In this document: piece by piece, positions 9,527 to 19,455 of the stretch | How the letters are laid out: the number at the start of each line of letters is the position of its first letter | How positions within the stretch are numbered: position 1 is the stretch's first letter | Source: an uncultured Chloroflexia bacterium | GTDB taxonomy: Bacteria > Chloroflexota > Anaerolineae > B4-G1 > SLSP01 | Direction: 5' to 3' | DNA: 64,000 nt | Assembly: GCA_963751345.1 (NCBI GenBank) | Contig: CAVVUS010000032.1 | Span: 1-64,000, forward strand | Notes under the pieces: generated by a model | Database searches by the model: none | What the model was told of the DNA's origin: nothing | What the model saw: the letters and a program-made list of their open reading frames with translations, nothing else | Translations under genes and position numbers: made by a program

Positions 9527-10868
9527 CTAAGGTTCCTCATCGTGAGATGGGAACTTCCGCTCCAGAAAGCGACTGTGGATCAGGAGCCGCTGAGCGTCGT
9601 CCAGCGGCCGGCGCTTGGCCAGGTCGTCGAGCGCGCCGAGGAGCAAGTCGAGCTGATGGTTCAGCTGGGCGCGCGCCGTCTGCCCATCGCGAATCGGCTC
9701 GTGCGTCGCAAAATCGTGAGGAAGCGCGCGGTAGGCCGTCAGTGCCTCCGGCAGATACCCGCGCACGGTCTGGCGCACGAGGTAGGCGTCGGGATCGCCG
9801 CCGGCCAGGTTCTGCATGTGCGGGAGAAGCTCCGCAAGGGCCGCCTCGATCGCACCGAGGCGCTCGACGACGGCGGGCGGCATGTCGGCGCGCGCATCGC
9901 GCACCAGAGCGCGCATCTCGTCTGCCAACTGCGCGCGCAGGGCCTCATCCGGGGTGCCCGGGACGGTCGGCAGCGCGCGCGGCGCGGCGGAGCGTGTGAG
10001 GCGGTAGACGCGCTCTCCCACGAGCCCGGCACCGGCAGCGCCGGCGAGCGACAGGGCCGCGCCGGCAAGCGGACCCAGCAGCGGAAAAGCCACGACCCAG
10101 GCCGCCGCCAGCGCCGCACCCAGCGTGCTCAGCCCGGCAAGTGTCGCAAGCCCGAGCCGTCCCGGCGCTGCTACCTCGGCGTAGAGAACGCCGGTACGCT
10201 GCAGCGAGTCGATCCCGGCGAGCCAGGCCTGGAAGTCCGGGGCTGGGACGTTCCAGCAGGCGTGTGTGGCTGAAATCGAACGCCGCCAGACCGGTGAGGT
10301 TGGTCAGGTCCGCGGGGAGCGGGCCATTGAGGTCATTCTGCGCCAGGTTCAGGCGCACCAGGTGGGTCAGACGGCCCAGCTCAGGCGGGACTTCGCCGCT
10401 GAGGCGGTTGTCGGAGAGGTCAAGGACCTCGAGCGCCGTCAGGTCGTGCAACGCGGCAGGGATCTCCTCGGTCAGGGCATTCCCGTGGAGATCGAGCGTG
10501 CGCAGCCGCTGGAGCAGGCGAAGCCGTGTGGGCAGAGGGCCGTGGAGGTCGTTCTCGGCCAGGTTGAGCGTGACCAGCGCGCGCAGATTGCCGACGGCAG
10601 CGGGAATGCGTCCCGTCAGCCGATTGCCGGAGAGGTCAAGCTCGATGAGGTAGGCAAGCGACCCGATCTGGGTGGGCAGCGTGCCCGTAAGGCCCCTGTG
10701 GGGCAGCGCTAGCCCGGTGACGCGACCGCGCTCACACGTGACACCGGCCCACGTGCACGGGTCGCTTCGCTCCAGCCAGCCTTCACGCCCGGTCCACGTC
10801 TCCCCGCCGGTCTGCCGGTAGAGCGCCTCAAGCGCCCGCTGTTCGGCGGGCGAAATCCAGATGGTCAT
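9527..10868 (-). CDS. LRR - transmembrane hairpin - XpaC-like fusion protein; frameshift near 10245
   Basis: LRR N-cap (WLERSDPCTWAGVTC) and about 7 24-aa LRRs. After a frame change it reads PDFQAWLAGI (LRR C-cap), two hydrophobic helices, then VRQTVRGYLPEALTAY...RFLERKF. Confidence 0.7.
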
Positions 10869-10933
10869 CGTCTCCTGCTTCGGACGCCTGCGCGCCGTCT
10901 CCGCACAGACACCCGCCATCCCCACACCACGTT

Positions 10934-12139
10934 CTACTCAGGCGCCTCGGTCTCCTCAATCGCCAGCAGATCGCCGGTGGTATCCAGCGCCTGCTCGCTC
11001 CGTACGCGGTCGAGATAGGTCGTGGCGCGCTGCACCTGCGCTGAGAGCTGGGCAGTCGTCTGCCTCATCGTCTCCAGCGCAGCCTGCTTGTATGTGGAGA
11101 TACCGTCGAGGGTCTGGAAGACATTGTCGAAGGCGGCTTGCAGCTGCTCCATCCCGACTGTGGCCTCTGTCGACTGGCGATACGTCTGGGTAGATTGCTC
11201 TCTGAGCAATACCGAGGTCGATGCGATCAGGCTCGATGTCGTGTCGTTGAGCGCGGAAATCTGGTCCAGCACGAGTTTCTGGTTGGCCAGTGCCTGAGCG
11301 ACGATGACCGCGGTGCGCAGCGCCGAGATGGTCGTGGTCGTGGCCCGCTCCACGCCCTTGATCAGTTCCAGATCGTTCCTCCGGATCACATCGAGCCCCA
11401 GGTAGCCCTGGACACTCACGGCAAGCTGGGTCAGCAGATCCTGCTCCTTCTGGCGCACATAGAACAGGACTTCCTCGCGCACCACCCGCGCCTTCTCCGG
11501 GTTGTCGACCGCGATCTCGCTGAGACGCTGCTCCAGCGCGCTGTCCAGTTGCCGGCACGCGTGGATGAGCTGCTGAAGGCGCCCCATGATCTCCCACAGG
11601 TTGGCCTTTTCCTGCTCGATGGCGGCAATATCCCGCTCCAGCTCGTCCTGGCTGTGGTGCAAGCTGTTCAATACAGCGTCAATGTGGCTCTGAGCAGACT
11701 CGTACTTGCGAAAGTAATCTGTGACGTGCGTGCCCAGCGGGATGATCCCCAGCAACTTGCGCTCCGAAGCGTCGCGCTCGGAGGGATCCAGCGCCTCGAC
11801 CGTGCGGCGAAGTGCCAGCAGTGCCGTGCCCACGTCGGAGTCGTCACTCAGCCCGCGGACCGGGCGGTTGAGCAGCCGATTGGAGACATTGGCGGCCTCG
11901 CGGATCTCGCGGGTACCCAGGGCGTGGATGGCGTTGATGCGAGACTCGAACTCCTCGCTGTGGACGTCCGCCTCGGTCAGGGCCTCGACAAGCGCCTCGA
12001 CGCGGGCATCAACCCGCGCGAGCGCGTCCGCGTTGGGTTGAGCACCCAGGGGAAGCATCGCCTCGGCCTCAGGTCCCGTGACCGGACCGACCGGCTCGGG
12101 CGGGGTCAGCGGCTCAATCGGTTTCTTCGGTTCGGCCAT
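10934..12139 (-). CDS. telA: Toxic anion resistance protein (TelA/KlaA/YaaN family)
   Basis: KLLGIIP, YFRKYESAQSHI, QDLLTQLAVSVQGYL, TTTISALRTAVIVAQALANQKLVLDQI. Confidence 0.9.
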   Translation of the reverse strand: MAEPKKPIEPLTPPEPVGPVTGPEAEAMLPLGAQPNADALARVDARVEALVEALTEADVHSEEFESRINAIHALGTREIREAANVSNRLLNRPVRGLSDDSDVGTALLALRRTVEALDPSERDASERKLLGIIPLGTHVTDYFRKYESAQSHIDAVLNSLHHSQDELERDIAAIEQEKANLWEIMGRLQQLIHACRQLDSALEQRLSEIAVDNPEKARVVREEVLFYVRQKEQDLLTQLAVSVQGYLGLDVIRRNDLELIKGVERATTTTISALRTAVIVAQALANQKLVLDQISALNDTTSSLIASTSVLLREQSTQTYRQSTEATVGMEQLQAAFDNVFQTLDGISTYKQAALETMRQTTAQLSAQVQRATTYLDRVRSEQALDTTGDLLAIEETEAPE

Positions 12140-12147
12140 CACACACC

Positions 12148-13242
12148 TCACACCGGGATCACAAACGGCGCCCTGCTCAGCTCGCTCAGCGTGATGCACC
12201 CCGAGCCCGAGACCGCGACGTCGTCCTCGATGCGAACGCCGCCAACGCCCTCCAGATAGACTCCCGGCTCGACCGTGAACGTCATACCTGGCTCTAGCTG
12301 CAGCGGATTCCCCGCGACGATGTACGGCGGCTCGTGCTCCTCCAACCCCAGGCCGTGGCCGGTACGATGGAAGAAGAGCGGCCCATACCGGGTCGCGTCG
12401 ATCACAGCCCGCGCGGCCGCGTCCACAGCCCGCGCCTCGATGCCCGGCCCTACTGCAGCCCGCCCCGCCGCGTTGGCCTCGACCACAATGCGGTGGACCC
12501 GCAGAAGCGGCTCCGTTGGCTCTCCCACCGTCAGCATCCGCGTGAGATCCGAGTCATATCCGGCGACCTTCGCCCCCCAATCGACCACCACCCAGTCGCC
12601 CCGCTGGAACAGGCGCTCCCCCGGCACAGCGTGGGGCAACGCGCCCCGTGGTCCGCTCGCGATAATCGGATCGAACGCCAGGCCATCCGCCCCACTGCCC
12701 AGCAGCGCCCCCACCAACTTGGAGGCCGCTTCGCGCTCACTGATCCCCTCGCGAAGCATGGGACCCATGCCAGGAAGGCCTCTTCGGCAACGCGCACCGC
12801 CCGCCGCATCGCATTGAGCTCGTCGGTCGACTTCGTCATCCGGAGGTCGGCATATAGATCGTCTACCGGCACGAGCTCGACGCCAGGGGCAAAACGCTCC
12901 AGGATGCCCGACTCGAGCAACCGCATCCGCAGCGCCTCCACGCCGATGCGGGCATCGGCCAACTCCAACGCGGCGCAGGCCTCGTGGAAGGCCATCCGGT
13001 ACCCGTCCTCGTCGTTGTACGTGAACGTCTCAAAGCCGGCCTCGACGGCCTTCCCGGCCTCCAGCTCCGGCAGCACAATGCACGGAAGGCGCGTCGACCG
13101 CCATCAACGCCACGATCGGCCGTTCGCTCAGAAAGAACGACATCCCCGTGGCGTAGAACAGGTTCGGCCCCGGAACGAGGGCCAGTGCGTCAAGTCCATC
13201 CGTCTCGGCTGCCGCCAGTGCCAGCTCAAGTCGCTCGTGCAA
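12148..13242 (-). CDS. Xaa-Pro aminopeptidase (M24B); frameshifts near 13080 and 12765
   Basis: LRMTKSTDEL, ALPHA, YDSDLTR, HRTGHGLGLEEHE, TVEPGVY, GVRIEDD spread over three frames. Confidence 0.9.
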
Positions 13243-13292
13243 CCTTGCCTCCCTCAGGCTCGTCGTGACCGCCTCACCAGGTCTGCCGGATC

Positions 13293-13493
13293 TTAGTCGG
13301 CGATCAGCCGCAGGACCCCCAAGAAGCCCAACGCGAGCTTCACCGCCGTCCCCGGCGTGGGCGTCTCCAGACTCTCCGTCCCTTCCGAGTCGACCTCGAC
13401 ATTCGAATTGTAGTAGATGAACCCGGCCAACGCGCCCAACAGCAGCCCCACCACCCCACCTACCATAAGTGCCCGCGTCCTCGGACTATCCAT
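13293..13493 (-). CDS. Small membrane protein
   Basis: GGAGG RBS, N-terminal GGVVGLLLGALAG TM helix. Confidence 0.65.
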   Translation of the reverse strand: MDSPRTRALMVGGVVGLLLGALAGFIYYNSNVEVDSEGTESLETPTPGTAVKLALGFLGVLRLIAD

Positions 13494-13499
13494 TGTCAC

Positions 13500-13772
13500 T
13501 CACCTCCCTGTTAGTTTCTTCACCATCGCTGTCGCCTGACTGCCCACGGCGTGCGCCCGGATCACGGGCCGCGCCACCGTCTGACTCGTGCGCTCCACGT
13601 AATCATGCGCCTGCTGGGCATAGCCCTGGGCTTTCTGGAGATACGTCTTGGCCAACCGGTGCAGCCGATAGACACCGTAGGCCAGGCCCGAGAGGATCAC
13701 CAGCGGTACGAGTGCGACCACCAGAGCCTCCAGGCTCAGAAAAATCAGCGCGATGTCGCGTGCAGTTGGCAT
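13500..13772 (-). CDS. Small membrane-anchored helical protein
   Basis: AAGGAGG RBS, one long TM followed by an amphipathic coiled segment. Confidence 0.65.
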   Translation of the reverse strand: MPTARDIALIFLSLEALVVALVPLVILSGLAYGVYRLHRLAKTYLQKAQGYAQQAHDYVERTSQTVARPVIRAHAVGSQATAMVKKLTGR

Positions 13773-14139
13773 GGCTTACCCTCCTTCAATGCTAACTCAC
13801 ACCAAGTATACAAGAGATAGGGATTTGTGAAAAGGGAATGGGGAGAGCGCGTGCATTTCGGGATGGCGGCGGGCTGCTCGGCGATGACGGATCGCGGGCA
13901 GCCTGTCCTGAGCGCAGCCTCAGGATCTCGCCCGCTCCGGGCGCACGTGGAAACCACGACGTGGCGACCACCATCTGCGCACGGTTCCCCGTCGCCAGAG
14001 CGGGCGAGACGCCCGCGGTCCACTGTCGCTGCATGTATCGTCCCCGAAATATAGTACACCCGGGAGGCGCGTTCGCGGATCAACATTCTCCGATCCCTGC
14101 AGGGTCGCCTTTTCCCCAACCTGGGGTACCATTGCCCAC

Positions 14140-16180
14140 GTGAACGCAGGAGCCAAGACACGTGCCTGGTGGGCGGCCGTCATCGTCCTGCTGCTGCTCG
14201 CTTTCGCCGCGCGGGTCTGGGGCCTCGAAAGTGTGCCGCCGGGGCTGACCCACGACGAGGCCAGCAACGGACACGATAGCGCAGCCATTCTCCAGGGGGT
14301 CCACCGGATCTACTTCCCGGTAGGCTACGGGCACGAACCCCTCTATGACTACAGCGTGGCCCTGACGACGCTCGTCTTGGGCCAGGGCATCTTCACGCTC
14401 AGGATCACCACCGTCCTCTGGGGTCTTGCGCAGTGCGTCCTCGTCGCCGCACTTGCCCGCCGCTGGTGGGGTCGTTTCGAGGCTCTCGTGGTCGTCGCGG
14501 CTTACGCCGTCAGTTTTTGGGCGCTGATGCTCTCCCGTGTCGGCCTGCGCGCCCCGGCCCTGCCGGCCCTGCTTGCCGCCTCGATCCTCGCCTACAGCCA
14601 CGCCACCTCCGCGGCTACCACTCGGCGCGCGGCAGGCTGGTATGCCCTCTCGGGCCTCGCGCTTGGCGCGAGCTTCTACACCTATATGGCCAGCCGCGGG
14701 ATGCCGCTGCTCTACGTGGGCGTGCTCGCCGCGGCCCTGCTCTTCGACCGCTTACGTTTTCGCAGGATCTGGCGCGGCACCTTGCTCACGCTTGCGACGG
14801 CGGCGCTGGTGGGTGCGCCGCTCTTCGTCTACCTGCGCGCTCATCCGGACCTCGAGCTGCGACTTGGGCAACTCGGCAGCGCCGTCACCGCCCTGGCCGC
14901 GGGCGACATCGCCCCGCTCTGGCACAATGTCGTCGACAGCCTGCCGATGCTGCTCTGGCACGGTGACCCCTATTGGCTCTACAACGTCGCCGGGCGTCCG
15001 GGCCTCGAGCCTCTCCTGGCCACCAGCTTCGTCATCGGCGTCGTGGCTGCGCTGGCGAAGCTGCGTGATGCTCGCCGGTCTACGCTCCTGATCTGGCTCG
15101 CGGGCGGCGTCGCCCCCGCGCTCATCGCCCCCGTCGCCTACAACCTGCTCCACGCCGTGGCAGCGATGCCCGCGGCCATGCTGCTGGTAGCGCTCGGCGC
15201 CCGGGAGATCAACGCGGGCGTACACAGACTTGCGACAGCCGGCCCCGCGCCTGCTCGCAGCCGCGGCAGCCGTCGCGTGGGCGCTCACCGGCCTCGGGAC
15301 CGTCCGAGCCTACTTCGACACGTGGGCGCAGGAGCGTGACGTACAGGTCGCCTACCACCACCACGTGGTGGCGCTCGGTCGCACGCTCGACCGCTCGTCG
15401 GAGACCACGCCGGTCGTCATCACCAGCCTCTATCCCGGGGAGTTCCACGACCCCTACGTGATGGAGGTAACCCTCCACCGCAGCGATCTGACCCTCCACT
15501 GGGCCGACGGGCGCGCCGCCATCTTCGTCCCTGCGACGCCCGCGCGCCTCTTTGTAGAGCAGCAAACCCAGCTCCCGCCCGGCCTCTGGGACCTCATCAC
15601 GCCCGATCTCACGCCATCGCTCACCCTCACGCTGGGTGAGACTGCGATCCCTTCGTGGGTCAGGGGATACTCCTGGGACGCCGCCGCGTCCTGGCAGACA
15701 CTGACGGCGGGGCTGGCGACCGAGGTGCTCGCGCAGCGCGGCGACCCGCTCCCGTCAGCCGACCACGTCCGGCTTCGGGTTCCCGTGGATTTCGCGGGCG
15801 CCGTCTCGCTGGCCGGATACCGCACGTCGCAGGCGACATCGGATGGCGCCACGACGCTCACCCTGCTCACGGCCTGGACGGTGGAGGAGCCTGTGGCGGA
15901 TGATCTCGCGATCTTCGCCCACGTGCTGGACGCGGGCGGCGGCTTCGTCGCCCAGGACGACCGCCTCGATGCGCCCTCCTGGCAATGGCAGCCCGGCGAT
16001 CGCTTTGTGCAACTACACACCCTCGCCCTGCCCGCGGACACCCCGGCAGGCCGCTACGTCATCGAATTGGGCCTCTACGCCCGCGGCGACCTCGCCCGGC
16101 TGCCCGTTCATATGACCAGCCCAACCGGTGACTGCGTGGCCACCCGCGTGCTGCTGCCTGTTATGGTCACGTCCCCGTGA
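14140..16180 (+). CDS. ArnT/PMT-like GT-C glycosyltransferase with C-terminal Ig-like domain; frameshift near 15235
   Basis: PPGLTHDEA, GHEPLY, FYTYMASR, many TMs, C-terminal FAHVLD..VAQDD..W..GD..G.Y..LGLY. Confidence 0.85.
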
Positions 16181-18251
16181 GCCGTGGTCACGTCCCCGTG
16201 AGCCGTTTGTCGAGAACCGAGCGCATCGGGTTGGTGGTGCTGGTCCTCCTGACGTGGGCGCTGCGGTGGGTCGCGCTCATGCAGACGCCCCCCGGGTGGC
16301 GCGACGATGACCTGATCGAGCTCTACACCTTCTCTCGCCGGATCGTCGAGGAGGGGCCGGTCCTCTATTTCGCGGGCGCATCCGGCCACGAGCCCCTCTA
16401 CCACACGCTCCGCGCACCGCTGATCGCCTTCGCAGGCATCAACCAGGCATCGGCGCGCATGATGTCGGCCTCGGCGGGCACGCTGGTTGTCGTGCTCACC
16501 TGGGCACTCGCTCGCCGCATGTTCGCAGGCTCCCGGCGCCCGTCACCCTCTCAGTATCGCGCACTTTCGACGCCATCCGCGGCGCGAGTGCCCGGCACTT
16601 GGCGTCAAACCCCCACCCTTGCCCTCACGGCCGGAGCCCTCGTCTCGGTCTCCTTCTGGAGCCTTATGTACAGCCGCGTGGCCATTCGCCATATCGGCGT
16701 CCTGCCGTGGACCCTCGTAGCGCTATATTGGGGATGGCGACTCCTCCGCGACGCCACCCCGCCACGGGGTGCTGTGGCCGGCATCGCCGTGGGAACGGCG
16801 GGTGCATTGCTCACCTACTATGCAGGCCGCCTGACGCCGGTCCTGCTCGTCGCCGCCTACCCCCTACTGGCGCCGCGCCGCCGCCGCTGGCGCCGCTACG
16901 TCGCGGCCCTGGCCATCGGTGTCGCCCTCTCGCTGCCGATGTTCTGGACCGCCGCGCACATCCCGGGTGGCAACGCCCGGGTCGGCGAGTTGGCCGTGCC
17001 GATCCACGCACTCCGCCAGGGCGACCCCTTGCCGCTGCTGCGCACCGCCTGGACGACGCTCGGCATGTTCCACGCGCAGGGCGACCCCGAATGGCTCTAC
17101 AACGTCAGTGCGCGCCCGGTCTTTGGTCCGGCAGGTGCGGCCCTCTTCGCCCTCAGTGTTGCCCTCTGTCTCGCCCGTTGGCGGCATCGCTGAGGCACGC
17201 CTGCTCCTGATATGGCTGGCGGTCGGCATCAGCCCCGCCCTGATCAGCTCGCCGCCATCCAGCTTCGGCCACACGATTCTCGCCTTGCCCGCCGTCTATC
17301 TCTGCCTGGCGTCGCTCGCGAGGCAGACGCTTCCCGGAAAAGGTCTCTGCTCGGACGAGCGCGTGGTTCACTGCCACAGTCGCCGTTCTGATCGTCGCGG
17401 TTGTGGGCACGCGCGACGTCACCGGCTACTTCCTCGACTGGCCAAACCACTCGATGGTACGCTTCCTCTACCGGGCCGACTATCGGGCCCTCGCGACCTA
17501 CCTGCGAGCACGGCCCGAGATCGCGGACGCGACGGTGGGCAGCCAGCTCTACGGATCGTGGGACAAGGTAGCCGTGCTCACCGACCTTGACGGCGCAACC
17601 GTGCGGCTGCGTTGGGCCAATCCGGCCCGCGCCCTGGTTTTCGCCAACGGCGAGCCGACGCGGATCTATCTCCAGGAGGTAGGCGAGCGTGAGACGGGGA
17701 TTGAGGCACTGATCGCCCATTCCGAGGGCGTGGATGCCCCGGAGGGAATGCAGGCGTATCGTGTGACACTGCCGGAGCTGCCCGAGGATGCCATCGAGAC
17801 CGGCGATGATGGCACGGCGCTGTCGACGCAGCCCTTTGCGGACGCGATAGCGCTCGATGCCGTGAGCTGGCAGCCACCCGCCGCGCCCGGCGAACCCGCC
17901 AGGCTCCTCACGTGGTGGACGGTTACCGCGCCGCTTCCCCTGCCCGAGGAGGAGCTCATCCCCAACCCCCCGCCGCCCGGCGTCTACAATGGTCCCAGGC
18001 TCAGCGTCTTCGCGCATCTGAGCGTCGATTCACCGGCGAGCGAGGAAGCAACCGCCATCGATGACGGGCTGTGGGTCGACCCCTATACCCTCGTGCCGGG
18101 CGACGCCGTGCTGCAGGTTCACCACTTCGACGTCGACATCCGGCCGGGTGCCGCGGTCACGATCACCTTGGGACTCTACGACCCACTGACGGGTGCCCGC
18201 TGGTCGACCCCGTCCGGCGCGGACCACGTGACGATCGTCCTGGCGAGATAG
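16177..18251 (+). CDS. ArnT/PMT-like GT-C glycosyltransferase; frameshifts near 17185 and 17350
   Basis: PPGWRDDD, GHEPLYH, TYYAGR, GDPEWLYN, C-terminal VFAHL...LGLYDP. Paralog of the preceding gene. Confidence 0.8.
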
Positions 18252-18328
18252 CCCGCCACGTTCCGGCCCCATCAGTGGGCGCGCCGCGTGGTCACCCGGC
18301 GGTTCATCGTCGGGCGGATCAGGCCGGA

Positions 18329-18766
18329 CTACCCCACCCCCAACCGCAACCACAGGGGCGGGCCGAGGACGGCGAGCCCCACCACCACCGACGTCGCGGC
18401 AGCCACCAGCACCGCAGCAGCGGTCAGGTCCTTCACCTGCTTCGCCAGCGGATGGTACTGCGGCGACACCAGGTCAACGAGCGCCTCAGCCGCCGTGTTC
18501 ATGATCTCACTGATCAGCACCCCGCCGATGGTGAGCGCGAGGATCGCCCACGCGAGCGACGAGAGCTGCAGCCACGCGCCGAGCACGCTGGCAGCACACG
18601 CCGCCGCCATATGAACGCGGAAATTCGGCTGCGTCTGAAAGACGTATACCAGCCCCTCGAATGCAAACCGGAAGCTATCCAAGAAGCTACCCCGGAAGGC
18701 CGGCCTTACTCCGGCAGCGGGATATCGACCTGCAGCAAGCGTAGGATTTGGTTCTGTTGAGTCCAC
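18329..18766 (-). CDS. dgkA: Diacylglycerol/undecaprenol kinase (start uncertain)
   Basis: SFRFAFEG, QPNFRVH, SEIMNTAAEALVDL, AKQVKDLTAAAVL. Confidence 0.9.
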   Translation of the reverse strand: MDSTEPNPTLAAGRYPAAGVRPAFRGSFLDSFRFAFEGLVYVFQTQPNFRVHMAAACAASVLGAWLQLSSLAWAILALTIGGVLISEIMNTAAEALVDLVSPQYHPLAKQVKDLTAAAVLVAAATSVVVGLAVLGPPLWLRLGVG

Positions 18767-19185
18767 ATCTTCTCCTTTTCCGCTTCCTCAGCATGGTCAT
18801 AGCCCAGCAGGTGCAGCACACCGTGGACCGTGAGGACGCGCAGCTCGTCCTCCAACGACCCGCCGACCGCCTCCGCCTGCTCTCTGGCGCGGTCGACCGA
18901 GATCACGATATCCCCCAGATACCTGGGGAAACCCGCGGCGCTGCCCGAATACGGCCCGCGCGTGTCATCGGCAAACGACAGCACGTCGGTCGGATAGGGC
19001 TCACCGCGGAAGCGCCGGTTCAAATCGGCCAGAGATTCGTCATCCGAGAGCACCACCACCAACTCGCAGGGCTCTCCCAACTCATGCCGCAGCAGCGTCA
19101 GGAGTGCCGCCTGCTCCACCGGCTCCGTATTCAGCGGACCGACTTGCTCCTCCACCTGAACGTCGATCTGATGGCCTTTGCTCAT
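18706..19185 (-). CDS. ybeY: rRNA maturation endoribonuclease YbeY
   Basis: LNRRFRG..PTDVLSF, LGDIVIS, HGVLHLLGYDH. Confidence 0.96.
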   Translation of the reverse strand: MSKGHQIDVQVEEQVGPLNTEPVEQAALLTLLRHELGEPCELVVVLSDDESLADLNRRFRGEPYPTDVLSFADDTRGPYSGSAAGFPRYLGDIVISVDRAREQAEAVGGSLEDELRVLTVHGVLHLLGYDHAEEAEKEKMWTQQNQILRLLQVDIPLPE

Positions 19186-19225
19186 GCCTCTGTATCCTGC
19201 CCTTCTACGCCCACAACTAACGTGT

Positions 19226-19285
19226 GGCCATTGCCCAAGTCCGCTTGGGCCATTGCCCAAGTCCGCTTGGGCCGTTGCCCGAGTT
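19226..19285. repeat. Two and a half 22-bp tandem units containing a GCCCAAG-TCCG-CTTGGGC hairpin
   Basis: GGCCATTGCCCAAGTCCGCTTG at 19226 and 19248, with a degenerate third copy at 19270. Confidence 0.75.
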
Positions 19286-19455
19286 AGCCCCGAGTCCGTT
19301 GCCTGTATCATCGCGTACCCGCTCTACACTGGTCTCAACGCCACCACGTGACGCACGTTCTTCCGAACCCATATCTCCCGCACCGTTACCGGGCTGAGCC
19401 CCCGAGCTGGCCTCACCAGGCGGTCGCGAGACACCCGGCGCGGCCCCACTCGTAC

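Noticed and set aside
12148-13242. Programmed frameshifting or true pseudogenes
   Set aside because: Breaks are scattered across unrelated genes without slippery-site or stem signatures. Sequencing error is simpler.
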